Virus record (IMG/VR): IMGVR_UViG_3300028198_000256
Location: 1-64,000 of that record
Direction: 5' to 3' (one strand)
Source: a virus
Length of the DNA stretch: 64,000 bases
The notes beneath the pieces are model-generated. The model had not been told where the DNA came from and ran no database searches. It saw nothing but the letters and a program-made list of their open reading frames with translations. Position 1 is the first letter of the stretch. The number at the start of each line of letters is the position of its first letter. Below are positions 31,582 to 41,298 of this stretch, piece by piece. The position numbers and the translations under genes are program-made.

Positions 31582-32205
31582 CTACCCTGTTATATGTTCA
31601 TAAATTTCTTTCCAACTATCGAGTCTAGCCGCATCTCCCACGTAATCAGCATTATGTGAATGAGCAACTAAAATACCAGACAACCCTAATGAAATACCAA
31701 TATCAACATTTTCTGGTTTATCTTCAATCCAATATGCATCAGAATCTTCATATTGTGCTAACACCTCATCTTTATCATCACCAGTACCCAATATAGTGTA
31801 TTCAGTGAATACCTTACCGAATAACGACTCAAGGTTAAATATTCTAAGTTGTTGAGCAGAAAGTCTATTAGATTGTGATGTTATTGCATGAAACATATAA
31901 CCATGTTCCTCATGCAATTTTTTCACATATTTAATTGAATCTCTAAGTGGTAATAAATAACCAATATCAGCTGATTCATTAAATTCTTTTGATAATTCTT
32001 TACCATAATATCTTGTTATAGGGTCACCATCACGTTTACTCCCCAAAACCCAACCAGAATATACTATCTTATCATCAACTTTATACGCATTTTCATTAAT
32101 TAAATCTAAATGTGGTTTAGTTTCTCGTATCCATTTATGGAATGAATACTCCCAATCTAAGAGTACACCATCCACATCAACCAATATCAACTTATCCTTT
32201 ATCAT
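31582..32205 (-). CDS. HAD-family phosphatase / 5'-nucleotidase-like (T4 30.2 type)
   Basis: LVDVDGVLLDW, AITS, WIEDKPEN. Confidence 0.85.
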   Translation of the reverse strand: MIKDKLILVDVDGVLLDWEYSFHKWIRETKPHLDLINENAYKVDDKIVYSGWVLGSKRDGDPITRYYGKELSKEFNESADIGYLLPLRDSIKYVKKLHEEHGYMFHAITSQSNRLSAQQLRIFNLESLFGKVFTEYTILGTGDDKDEVLAQYEDSDAYWIEDKPENVDIGISLGLSGILVAHSHNADYVGDAARLDSWKEIYEHITG

Positions 32206-32369
32206 AAAACATCCCACGGTTTAGTGTAAACAACAACAAACTCATCATCAACATGATCCTCATCATCCATTATATATCTAGTAGTATCTATTTTTGATAG
32301 ATGTCTTAAATATCGTATCACCAATATCAAGAAAAGAACAAAAATGATAGAAACTAACAAAATTAACAT
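32202..32369 (-). CDS. Small membrane protein (55 aa, not in track)
   Basis: MLILLVSIIFVLFLILVIRY...; follows a promoter cassette; ATGA overlap with the HAD gene. Confidence 0.5.
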   Translation of the reverse strand: MLILLVSIIFVLFLILVIRYLRHLSKIDTTRYIMDDEDHVDDEFVVVYTKPWDVL

Positions 32370-32380
32370 AATTATTACCT

Positions 32381-32460
32381 AAAAAAACTAAAAACCCCCA
32401 AACCACAGTGATATTATCTCACAATTTCACCTAAATGTCAAGGTTTATTTTCATTTATTT
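32381..32460 (-). promoter_or_regulatory. Repeated early promoter cassette, copy 1
   Basis: A-rich UP element, TTGACA (32436-32441), 17 nt, GATAAT (32413-32418). Confidence 0.85.
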
Positions 32461-32669
32461 TATGTTCTACCACCCGGCATATCAGCATTATCAATATAAT
32501 ACAATTCTAAAGCAATTGATTCCATTTTTTCTGATATATCATTTCTACCTATTAATACATCCTTATGTATAACATTATAAGTATCTTTATTAGTAAAATC
32601 AACCGACAATATAACTTCACCAGTTTCTGATGAAGAACATTTTGACCAATTAATCTTCCAAGAGTACAT
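32460..32669 (-). CDS. Hypothetical protein
   Basis: 69-aa ORF in the same orientation as its neighbours. Confidence 0.45.
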   Translation of the reverse strand: MYSWKINWSKCSSSETGEVILSVDFTNKDTYNVIHKDVLIGRNDISEKMESIALELYYIDNADMPGGRT

Positions 32670-32767
32670 TACTTTCTATATTTCCACATTCTATATAAAA
32701 TTGCAACAAAACCACCAAATAACAAACCAGACATTGATACAAATATATCTGTCATAATTAATTCCTC

Positions 32768-33745
32768 CTATAAAAGATGTTTAATTTCATCACGTTCTAA
32801 TATTAATTCAGATTCACTCAATTTAATCATAGATAATGAGTATTCGTCAATATCTAAATCATCAACTATAAACAATTCACCTCTAGCGTGTCTAACAGGA
32901 AATGAAAATACTAAATCAGAGTCAATACCATACTGTCCTGACGACAATACTGCCATGGATTCCCATCGTTGAGATCCACCCTTACCTGTCCACATTTTCA
33001 TTTGTTGTATTGCTGCATTAGCAGCTGAAGCAGCAGACGACGCACCGAGCCATTCAATAACCGAATGACCTCTATCTTGTACTAATGGTATATAATCTTT
33101 AACATACCAATCATCATCAATCAAATCCATTGCGGGAAATCCTTTCACTTGTGCATGATTCAAATCAGGATATAATGTTGATGAATGATTACCCCATATT
33201 ATAACATCATTAATTGTGGTATGAGGCACCCCACAATGTTTAGATACAATAGATTTACAACGATTAACATCTAATTGCATCATTCCAGTAAAATTGGTTG
33301 AATTCAACCCAACCGCATTAGATAAAGCCACTAAGGTATTAGTATTAGATGGATTGCCAGCAATCAACACTTTAACATCTTTCGATGCAACTTTACCTAA
33401 AGTTCGTCCATGAGAAGCAAATATCTTCGCATTATCTTGTAATAGATCGGAACGTTCCATACCCTTTAATCTGGGTTTAGCCCCCATCATAAACACATAA
33501 TCAGCATCACCAAATGCAACTTCGGGTTCATCAGTAATAACCACATCACCCAATGATGTGAAATTACAATCATCCAATTCCATTTGTATACCATGCAACG
33601 ATTTCATTGCTGATGGTACCTCTAATAACCTCAAATTAACAACATCATGTGTACCAAACAAATCACCACTCGCAAGACGGAATACTAAAGCATATCCAAT
33701 CCTACCAGCAGCACCTGTAATTGCAATATTAATAGATTTACTCAT
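32768..33745 (-). CDS. mdh: Malate dehydrogenase (MDH type 2)
   Basis: AITGAAGRIGY, PRLKGMERSDLL, GNPSNTN, WGNHSST, SSAASAA. Confidence 0.95.
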   Translation of the reverse strand: MSKSINIAITGAAGRIGYALVFRLASGDLFGTHDVVNLRLLEVPSAMKSLHGIQMELDDCNFTSLGDVVITDEPEVAFGDADYVFMMGAKPRLKGMERSDLLQDNAKIFASHGRTLGKVASKDVKVLIAGNPSNTNTLVALSNAVGLNSTNFTGMMQLDVNRCKSIVSKHCGVPHTTINDVIIWGNHSSTLYPDLNHAQVKGFPAMDLIDDDWYVKDYIPLVQDRGHSVIEWLGASSAASAANAAIQQMKMWTGKGGSQRWESMAVLSSGQYGIDSDLVFSFPVRHARGELFIVDDLDIDEYSLSMIKLSESELILERDEIKHLL

Positions 33746-33759
33746 AATTTACCTCAATA

Positions 33760-34182
33760 TTAATAGATTCCAAAATACCCCAAATCTCTATCATGAATAT
33801 TTAAAAACTTAAATTTCAATCCACGTTCCCACTTAACCGTACCATCAAGTTCATATAATGACATATCAGCAAATCTAATATTACCCTTTAGTACATTAAT
33901 AATTGCAATAGTTCTATGTTCCCATGAACCGGGTTTAGATAACGGTGTCTCTAATCTCACTAGAACATCGCCGTTCTTCATACCCTTACCAAATTCTTTA
34001 TAATCAGCCCCATCCGCCTTAAATACTACTTGCCATTTGTTAGTCTGTTTTTGTTCTAATACGGCAATACCATCAGAAAATGCACCAAGTGATGGTCTAT
34101 TTGAATGACTTATAGTCTTTGCAACAGATTCAAATGGTATCTTACCTGACATCTCAGTAACAAATGTGTTAAAACTCTTCAT
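33760..34182 (-). CDS. Hypothetical protein with capsid-targeting-like leader
   Basis: MKSFNTFVTE. Confidence 0.7.
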   Translation of the reverse strand: MKSFNTFVTEMSGKIPFESVAKTISHSNRPSLGAFSDGIAVLEQKQTNKWQVVFKADGADYKEFGKGMKNGDVLVRLETPLSKPGSWEHRTIAIINVLKGNIRFADMSLYELDGTVKWERGLKFKFLNIHDRDLGYFGIY

Positions 34183-34185
34183 ACC

Positions 34186-34338
34186 CTAATCCTCTTTTTT
34201 CTTAGTAAATATAGTCTTACCATATTCGGCAGTCATATCTTTTATTTTAGTACCAGACATATCATATAACTTTTGTTTTATTTCATCATTAAATTCTGAT
34301 ACCTTTTTATTTTTTAAATTATCAATCAAAGTACTCAT
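34186..34338 (-). CDS. Small protein (50 aa, not in track), possibly prohead-core-like
   Basis: MSTLIDNLKNKKVSEFNDEIKQKL...; fills the gap between ORFs. Confidence 0.45.
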   Translation of the reverse strand: MSTLIDNLKNKKVSEFNDEIKQKLYDMSGTKIKDMTAEYGKTIFTKKKED

Positions 34339-34541
34339 CACTTCTCCTTTTTTGTAAAATATACTGCCAATCCAGTAACATATAATAACATACTTAAAGG
34401 CATTAATAGTATAAGAATTGGATATTGTTCTATATTAGTAAATCCAAATACAACAAACATTATACCAATAAAGACTATACTTAATACTATTTTAGTATCC
34501 CTACGTTTAAATATATTTATAACATCATCCATTCTCAGCAT
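34338..34541 (-). CDS. Small two-TM protein
   Basis: Two hydrophobic segments. Confidence 0.5.
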   Translation of the reverse strand: MLRMDDVINIFKRRDTKIVLSIVFIGIMFVVFGFTNIEQYPILILLMPLSMLLYVTGLAVYFTKKEK

Positions 34542-34695
34542 CTTTCCGTTTTTTTATTTTTTCATCAACTGCATCAAAAAATGGTGTTATTTCTGTTGGG
34601 TTACGAAACTCCGAATGTGTCATTCCTTGAACTCTCGCCCATTCCTCATCTGACATTATACCAGATTCTTTATCATTTGTCAAGTCTTTTTCCAT
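34525..34695 (-). CDS. Hypothetical protein (56 aa)
   Basis: GGAG RBS before MEKDLTND; the longer track ORF overlaps the kinase gene. Confidence 0.5.
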   Translation of the reverse strand: MEKDLTNDKESGIMSDEEWARVQGMTHSEFRNPTEITPFFDAVDEKIKKRKDAENG

Positions 34696-34711
34696 AATTT
34701 CTACTCCATAT

Positions 34712-35662
34712 TTAAGGTCTTGGCCGTAATACCTTCGGTTCAGTATCAGATCTATCTGATAATATTTTCTGTAATTCAGATTCAGGTATATTATCAACAA
34801 TCCATTGGTATAATTGTTGCATAATTTGATCCTCTGTCTTATTAGGTTTACCACGGTGTTTAATAGTTAAATAAGTGAAATCCTTAATAACTCCCAACTT
34901 CTCACCTTTCTTAGCCTTTACATATTTACCTGATGTTCTATTTGACACGGCAGATCTAGTTAGTTTTTGTCCACCTTTAGCAGTATCACCCTCTTTCCAC
35001 TTAATAGTATTATTTTTATTATTCAGAATAACTTTAATCTCACCATTAATTGCCATCTTTTTACCTTTGTTCTTGATGATATCAAACATAGTATTGGCTG
35101 CACCAGTATGAGTCAAGAACATGATGTCATCAGGAACTACCCTTTCTCTATTTTGATTATTATCAATTGCAACTTGATAGTCAGTAAGAACCCATATCAT
35201 ATGAATATTGGCTGGGTTGTAACCGGCATTTAGTAGATCTGGCATCATCTTTGAAATTGAAGAAATACTCTTTGCAGTAATATCAAACATTATATTAGGT
35301 AGTACACTCTTATTCTTCATACCCTTTAACAATAACTGCATAGTATGATCTTTAATTCCCATGTCAGAAACAAATTTGTGTAATTTCCCTACATCATCTG
35401 GTTTCTTTAAGTCCAAACCTTGTGTTTCTGGATATTTGTTTTTAAGTTTACCTATTTTTATAAAGGCTTTCTTCCATTCATCCACATCACGTATCTTAAA
35501 CAGTTCAGACTGCATAAAATTAGTAGAGGCGAAACCTTTACCAGAACCGGCACCACCAGCAAGAAATACTATTTGTCCATACTTCTTACCATTAGAGAGC
35601 ATTATTATCTTCTCTTCTAAATAGTCAAGTTCCTCTGATATAAATTCGTTAAATGTTTTCAT
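34712..35662 (-). CDS. P-loop kinase (zeta-toxin/AAA_33-like) with capsid-targeting-like leader
   Basis: MKTFNEFISE; LAGGAGSGKG Walker A; DVD; FDIT; NQNRERVVP. Confidence 0.8.
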   Translation of the reverse strand: MKTFNEFISEELDYLEEKIIMLSNGKKYGQIVFLAGGAGSGKGFASTNFMQSELFKIRDVDEWKKAFIKIGKLKNKYPETQGLDLKKPDDVGKLHKFVSDMGIKDHTMQLLLKGMKNKSVLPNIMFDITAKSISSISKMMPDLLNAGYNPANIHMIWVLTDYQVAIDNNQNRERVVPDDIMFLTHTGAANTMFDIIKNKGKKMAINGEIKVILNNKNNTIKWKEGDTAKGGQKLTRSAVSNRTSGKYVKAKKGEKLGVIKDFTYLTIKHRGKPNKTEDQIMQQLYQWIVDNIPESELQKILSDRSDTEPKVLRPRP

Positions 35663-35684
35663 TTTAAGTCCTGTAATCCCGTTG

Positions 35685-37211
35685 TTATGATATCTTTACA
35701 AAGAATGATGAAAAGTCTGTATTCGAAGATGCATATCTAAATATGTCTTGCCCAAAATTACCACCTAATTTAGAATCATTATTACCAATAGATTCGAGGC
35801 ATAATAGTCCCATATACTTAGAAAATATAAATGCCTTAGATGCATCTTTATTTTGATATGTGTAGTCCTTACATTTCTTTATAAACTCTGTTTCACTTTT
35901 AATAGTATCTATATACGTATCCATCTGATTTTCATTAAATCTTACATACAAATTATACATATTCTTCATATTCGGAGATTTTGTTTCTGCCCAATTATGT
36001 GTATTTCCGCCTGATTTAGATACCTTTGTATTCTTACCTATAGTACGTCCAAAATGCTTTTCTGTATAATAATTAACACCACCACCACCTATTTTACCAC
36101 CAGCAGCTGCACCACCCTTTATCTCACCCTGCCATGATGTTGTTCCATTAAATGAACGTAGTTGCATCTTCTGTCCACCAGAAAAATATAGATATATATC
36201 AGTAGATGAAAAGAAATCACCGTTTGTTCCAAAAGTAAATCCTAAATATGTCACAGTATCTCTTTTTGTTCTAATACCATTATATTCTTGAACTTTTGCA
36301 CCATCCTTACCAATCTTCTTGAGTGATACTCCCATGGTAATACCTCTACGAGCAGCTATATATACAGCAGATTGAAGTGCATACCAATCACAAGTATGTA
36401 CACCCAACTTCCCTTCCCATAGTTCACCCGTATCGGGGAATGGGTGTGGTGATGACATAGATAGTGTTGACATCCATATATCACCAGGATTCCATTTGTC
36501 ATTAGAGAATGTTGATGGTGCTTGAACTGAAATATTTTTTTCTTTAGCTAAGTCTTTATCATGATCCATGCATCGTTTTCTTCTAGCATACACAGCATCC
36601 ATGAACTTAGAACCTCGATGAAAGTATACGGGTTTACTAAACTTCTTACCCGCTGTAGATTTATAAAGGGCATTTGCTGTCTTTATGTAACTGTCATGCC
36701 ATTCTTCAGGAGATGCCTTATATAATGTCGCAAGCGGCAATCTAGTATCACAGTAATTGGCAGTTGTTTTTAAAAGTGTTTCTGTAACCCTTGTCCCTTT
36801 AAGTTTTGTAATTCCAGATGTATTATATAAATATGAGCAATAATAGCATTGTAGAGATTCAGTAATTTCTGTTATTTTTGCTCCACCACCGGATCCTCCG
36901 GTTGAATAAGCACCTTTGTATATAGACCTCCATGTATAGATAACATCTGAACCTTCAACTTGAAAATAATCGCCCCCTTTATCATTTTCAAGTTTGGATT
37001 TGAGAATTTTCTCATCATATGAACCTAATTTAGCAAATATCTTTTTATCAAATTTAACTTCTTTCGGCCATTCAATACCTTTTTGGGGTGCAATTTTATC
37101 ACTTTTACCTTTACCATCTTTCCCAATCTTAATAGCAGTTCCTGATTCAATATCTTCTCGAACCTTTGCAAAATATCCTTTTAATATATCATCATTCTTA
37201 AATACTGCCAT
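35685..37211 (-). CDS. Putative PD-(D/E)XK-like nuclease of T4-like phages
   Basis: TEITESLQC, DKWNPGDIW...GVSLKK. Confidence 0.55.
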   Translation of the reverse strand: MAVFKNDDILKGYFAKVREDIESGTAIKIGKDGKGKSDKIAPQKGIEWPKEVKFDKKIFAKLGSYDEKILKSKLENDKGGDYFQVEGSDVIYTWRSIYKGAYSTGGSGGGAKITEITESLQCYYCSYLYNTSGITKLKGTRVTETLLKTTANYCDTRLPLATLYKASPEEWHDSYIKTANALYKSTAGKKFSKPVYFHRGSKFMDAVYARRKRCMDHDKDLAKEKNISVQAPSTFSNDKWNPGDIWMSTLSMSSPHPFPDTGELWEGKLGVHTCDWYALQSAVYIAARRGITMGVSLKKIGKDGAKVQEYNGIRTKRDTVTYLGFTFGTNGDFFSSTDIYLYFSGGQKMQLRSFNGTTSWQGEIKGGAAAGGKIGGGGVNYYTEKHFGRTIGKNTKVSKSGGNTHNWAETKSPNMKNMYNLYVRFNENQMDTYIDTIKSETEFIKKCKDYTYQNKDASKAFIFSKYMGLLCLESIGNNDSKLGGNFGQDIFRYASSNTDFSSFFVKIS

Positions 37212-37453
37212 TATTTTAACTCGTAATCATACCCAAAGTCACCAGAGTCATTCTCTACAACATATATTCTAACTGCACCATATAAATCAAATATACCAGG
37301 TTTTAAACCATTTCTTGTCTGACTGGCATCAGGGTCATAATATACAACATCACGCTTAGTTAAACTCCATTCCTTCTTTATACAAGCCGTTATGATAGAC
37401 GCCAATACTCTATCATCTCCACGTGCCTCATTAAATCTCTTAAATGTTTTCAT
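37211..37453 (-). CDS. Hypothetical protein with capsid-targeting-like leader
   Basis: MKTFKRFNE. Confidence 0.65.
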   Translation of the reverse strand: MKTFKRFNEARGDDRVLASIITACIKKEWSLTKRDVVYYDPDASQTRNGLKPGIFDLYGAVRIYVVENDSGDFGYDYELK

Positions 37454-37462
37454 ATCATACCC

Positions 37463-37684
37463 CTAATATGCCGGTGCAATGGAAAGTAGTCCTTTCTTAG
37501 AGTTAGGTACTTTAAGTTCTTTCATTGCAAACTTCTTAGCACCATACAAAGAATCAGCATCTTTGTCTAACTTGATTTCAAGTTTTTTGCCTTTATAAAT
37601 CGCAATCCAACCTTTAAGTTCATCACCCTCTCTAACTACTTCTACGTGTTTAATATCTTTTAATAATTCTTCATATGTTTTCAT
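37463..37684 (-). CDS. Hypothetical protein with capsid-targeting-like leader
   Basis: MKTYEELLKD; GWIAIYKGKKLEI. Confidence 0.65.
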   Translation of the reverse strand: MKTYEELLKDIKHVEVVREGDELKGWIAIYKGKKLEIKLDKDADSLYGAKKFAMKELKVPNSKKGLLSIAPAY

Positions 37685-38499
37685 TTCTTTCGTCCTTTAA
37701 TTATATCTTTAGCATCCCATTGAAGAAACTTAATCTCTGCATCAACAATCTGTTGAAGTACCACAGTTGGCAATGAAGTAAGTTTATTTTTCATTCTCTT
37801 ATATGCCGGTGTAGTTGGGTCAATCTTATCTACTTTAGCATACTCTTTCTTTAGAGTGGCAAGTTGTGATTTAGATAATTTCTTAGCATCCTCTTGTGAC
37901 TTTACCTGTTTATCAAAATAATCCTTTAATGTCTCATCTAGTAGTTCAACAGATTCCTTTACAGTACCTATGACTTCTACTTTTAGTTTGATTTTAGATG
38001 ATATCTCTTTAGCAACCTTTGCCATATCACCCTTATGCTTTGTATTAGCATCACGTATAATCTTTCTTACTGAAGCATCAGAACCCTCTGGTTTCATATT
38101 GAAACCTATATTACCAAGGTTATTAGGAACACCACTAGAAGTAACCAACCGAACCTCGTTGCCATTTATTTTAAGTCTAAGTCCATCTATTAAATAAGAA
38201 TCCCATGATCCTGAATCCGTTTTCACATGAAATTTCTTGGTGCCTTTCTTACTGTATTGACCCTCAACTAACGGCATACCAGCATGTTGTTTTTTTCTGG
38301 TCTTAACTATTTTCAAAGTAGACTTATCTTTAATATTCATTGGTGGTCTTTCAGCACTACGAATTGAATCTTTAGCATCTGATTCATCTGATGCCATAGC
38401 AACCACTTTATTATCATCAGCAGTATCTACTACAACCCATGGAAATTTTACTTCATTTAATGGTTCAATATCTTCTAATAATTTTTTATATGTCTTCAT
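37681..38499 (-). CDS. Multi-module hypothetical protein with capsid-targeting-like leader
   Basis: MKTYKKLLE; internal LNE, LVE, VKE and LDE sites. Confidence 0.7.
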   Translation of the reverse strand: MKTYKKLLEDIEPLNEVKFPWVVVDTADDNKVVAMASDESDAKDSIRSAERPPMNIKDKSTLKIVKTRKKQHAGMPLVEGQYSKKGTKKFHVKTDSGSWDSYLIDGLRLKINGNEVRLVTSSGVPNNLGNIGFNMKPEGSDASVRKIIRDANTKHKGDMAKVAKEISSKIKLKVEVIGTVKESVELLDETLKDYFDKQVKSQEDAKKLSKSQLATLKKEYAKVDKIDPTTPAYKRMKNKLTSLPTVVLQQIVDAEIKFLQWDAKDIIKGRKK

Positions 38500-38509
38500 A
38501 CCATATCCC

Positions 38510-38770
38510 CTAATGACTATAAGATATTTTAGTCATCAACACACTAGAACCATTTGCTACTGCGGATAACTCATCCCCTGGTTTTTTCTCAATATACATC
38601 TCCCCACCATCTGGAATAGTAAATGAACCAACCGTTACTGTATCACGTTTTATAAGAACTTTAACTGTTGATGTATGAGTAGACAACAATCGTACAACTC
38701 TTGCAAAATCAACATGAGTTGCCGATGATAAAGTTATCTCTTCTCCTAATACATTTATTAAATTTGCCAT
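38510..38770 (-). CDS. Small beta-rich protein, probably virion-associated
   Basis: VVRL, VGSFTIP..EMYIEKKPGD. Confidence 0.55.
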   Translation of the reverse strand: MANLINVLGEEITLSSATHVDFARVVRLLSTHTSTVKVLIKRDTVTVGSFTIPDGGEMYIEKKPGDELSAVANGSSVLMTKISYSH

Positions 38771-38782
38771 AGTTTTTCCCCT

Positions 38783-39046
38783 TTATTTTATTTTTCGTTT
38801 AGAACCCTTTAATCTACTTTTCTCAGACCGTCCACGGTTTTTCTTTTCAGATTCAAACCCAGCAATCTTACCTTTTTTATGAGATGCATCCTTACCATCA
38901 CCATTACCATATGTGCCTTTATCTCTATTATACTTTACTAATTCGGCTCTATACTTTCTACGTTTCGCAGATGATTGAAATTTCTTATATTCATCTTTGT
39001 AATCACGTTTGGCTAATTCTAATATGTAATCTATAAATGACTTCAA
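38783..39046 (-). CDS. Basic HNH-like small protein with capsid-targeting-like leader
   Basis: MKSFIDYILE; RDYKDEY...GDGKDASHK...KNRG. Confidence 0.6.
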   Translation of the reverse strand: MKSFIDYILELAKRDYKDEYKKFQSSAKRRKYRAELVKYNRDKGTYGNGDGKDASHKKGKIAGFESEKKNRGRSEKSRLKGSKRKIK

Positions 39047-39049
39047 CTT

Positions 39050-40012
39050 CTAATCCTCATATGTGTCCTTTCTACTATTTATAGTAGTAATCATTTCTAA
39101 TATATTTTTTGCCATTTTCTCAGAAGCAACATCTATCATTTTACCATCAAGTGATGCGGCACCATGCCCTTCTTTAGATGCTCTATATAATGCATCAAGT
39201 ATTCTGTCAGCCATGTGTATTTCTTCATCTGATGGTGTGAATACTTCATTTGCAAGTGGAATTTGTGACGGATGAATCGCCCACTTACCAGTACATCCAA
39301 GAGCAGCAGCACGCTTAGCAGCAAGTACATATCCCTCTGTATCCTTAATATCCCCATAAGGACCGTCTATTGGACGTAATCCATATGCCCTACACGCAAC
39401 TACCATCCTACTTAATGCAGAATGCCATTGATCTCCTGGATAATTCTCATTCAATCCACCAATATTAGTAGTTCTTGCTCTTGTAGACGCCGCATAATCA
39501 GCAACTCCAAAATGCATGGATTCTAACCTAGAATTAGCACTCTTTCTTGCAATTTCATCAACATTAGACATACCTAGAGCAGTTTCTATTAGACACTCTA
39601 ACTGGATATGTTGATACAAATCATGTTTTATCTCTAGTGTATTAATAATACATTCAACCATATATATATCATCATATACACCTACTTTTGGTATTAATAT
39701 AGTATCTAAGTTCTCACCACAATGTTCTACTAATTGTATAACATCATCTAACCAATAACCAGTTTCAAGTCCATTAATACGAACACATATAGTTTTGTTC
39801 GCACCTTTCCAATCAAGAGTATTAACAGCCTCAATCACATTTAAACGTGCATTTATTTTATCTGGTTCTGCAACTGAATCTTCTAAATCTAAAAATACAA
39901 AATCGGCATCAGAATTTAATGCCTTCTCAAACATTTTCGGACTAGATCCAGGTACTGTTAAATCACAACGTTGTAATCTAGATACTGATGGTTCATAAAC
40001 TGTATAACTCAT
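39050..40012 (-). CDS. mcl: L-malyl-CoA/beta-methylmalyl-CoA lyase (CitE/HpcH family)
   Basis: VPGSSPKMFEKA, FLDLEDSV, LIETALGM, HFGVADYAAS.RARTTNIGG, GLRPIDGPYGD, GKWAIHPSQI. Confidence 0.88.
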   Translation of the reverse strand: MSYTVYEPSVSRLQRCDLTVPGSSPKMFEKALNSDADFVFLDLEDSVAEPDKINARLNVIEAVNTLDWKGANKTICVRINGLETGYWLDDVIQLVEHCGENLDTILIPKVGVYDDIYMVECIINTLEIKHDLYQHIQLECLIETALGMSNVDEIARKSANSRLESMHFGVADYAASTRARTTNIGGLNENYPGDQWHSALSRMVVACRAYGLRPIDGPYGDIKDTEGYVLAAKRAAALGCTGKWAIHPSQIPLANEVFTPSDEEIHMADRILDALYRASKEGHGAASLDGKMIDVASEKMAKNILEMITTINSRKDTYED

Positions 40013-40032
40013 AAACTTCTCCCATTCAATTA

Positions 40033-40434
40033 TTAAACATCCAATTTAGGATTACTTGTCTTAAAATTAGTCTTTCTCATTACTGTCTTTGAAATCATAT
40101 CGAACTCTTGATTCTTTTCATCCCACTTCAATACAAATGGTATATTAACATGTGAATTAATATCATGTAATACTCGTTGGGCATCATCTCCCAGTTTAGA
40201 TATCTTCTTACCATGTTTCTTATAAGTTAACTTGAATATCCGTACAAGTTCAGCCGATGAAATAGGTTTCTTATTACGAGCATCATTTACTCTATCTAGG
40301 AAATGCCTTGTAAATTCAACATCAATACCAACTTTAGCAAATAACTTATCTGCCATTCGTTCCACCGCATCTAAGTCGGATTTACTTAAATCCTCTAGAA
40401 ATAGTTCTTTAGTAAATTCATTATATGATTTCAT
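40033..40434 (-). CDS. Conserved T4-like protein with capsid-targeting-like leader
   Basis: MKSYNEFTKELFLE; VEFTRHFLDRVND. Confidence 0.7.
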   Translation of the reverse strand: MKSYNEFTKELFLEDLSKSDLDAVERMADKLFAKVGIDVEFTRHFLDRVNDARNKKPISSAELVRIFKLTYKKHGKKISKLGDDAQRVLHDINSHVNIPFVLKWDEKNQEFDMISKTVMRKTNFKTSNPKLDV

Positions 40435-40446
40435 TTAATTATTCCC

Positions 40447-41298
40447 TTAAGGTGTTATTCCGGCAATAAAATCATCCGTCTTGGTGACGATTTTACCTCT
40501 AAACCCTATAGATTTAGATGTCTCTTTAACTTCATCTAAAGTGGGTCCTTTTTCAGTTTGATAATGATATATATTTACTATCTTATATTGATGTATAAGA
40601 ACTTCATTATATGTATCCTTAGCAGCCTTATTAACGAAAAGTAGTTTTTCCAGATGAGATACAATACTCATTACCACATTAGCACCTAGTAATTTTTTTG
40701 ACTCTCTCATATAAAACCCAACATATTTGCCCTTTTCTTTGCCACTCATACGTTCAATCATCTTATAGATAATTTGCCAATCATCCCAATGACCCCTATC
40801 TACTTTCAATTTATCATCTGGAAAATCGATTATAATTTGTTCGAACTCATTTTTATACATTTTTTTAACTATTTTTAATATTTTATCAGAAAAAATGTTA
40901 TCTATCTGTTTATTTACAGAAGCATCCGATGACATCTTTCTTGAAAGCCACAGATGACCACCTCTATCTTTCTGTGTATAAGCATCTTTATTAAATATTA
41001 TAGAAGTCTTACCCTCTAGATTTACTAGGACACCACCTACTGTTCCTACCCCTTTTGTTGATATTTCAGATGAACCTTTAGTAAATGCAGATACATTTTT
41101 ACCTTTATTTTCATACTTTTTTAATTTAACCAATCCTTTTAAATCTGTTACATGATAAGCAGTTATATCTCGTTCTAGTTCCTTTAAGATATAAGAATGT
41201 AGTGGGATAAATCCTAAAGAAGCATGCTGCCATTCTTTTGAGGATTCTGGGAACAAATAATTACGCTTTTCATATATGAAATCTTTAAAAGTTTTCAT
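40447..41298 (-). CDS. Protein with capsid-targeting-like leader, possible ADP-ribosyltransferase fold
   Basis: MKTFKDFIYE; AYHVT...VSAFT...YNEVLI. Confidence 0.6.
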   Translation of the reverse strand: MKTFKDFIYEKRNYLFPESSKEWQHASLGFIPLHSYILKELERDITAYHVTDLKGLVKLKKYENKGKNVSAFTKGSSEISTKGVGTVGGVLVNLEGKTSIIFNKDAYTQKDRGGHLWLSRKMSSDASVNKQIDNIFSDKILKIVKKMYKNEFEQIIIDFPDDKLKVDRGHWDDWQIIYKMIERMSGKEKGKYVGFYMRESKKLLGANVVMSIVSHLEKLLFVNKAAKDTYNEVLIHQYKIVNIYHYQTEKGPTLDEVKETSKSIGFRGKIVTKTDDFIAGITP

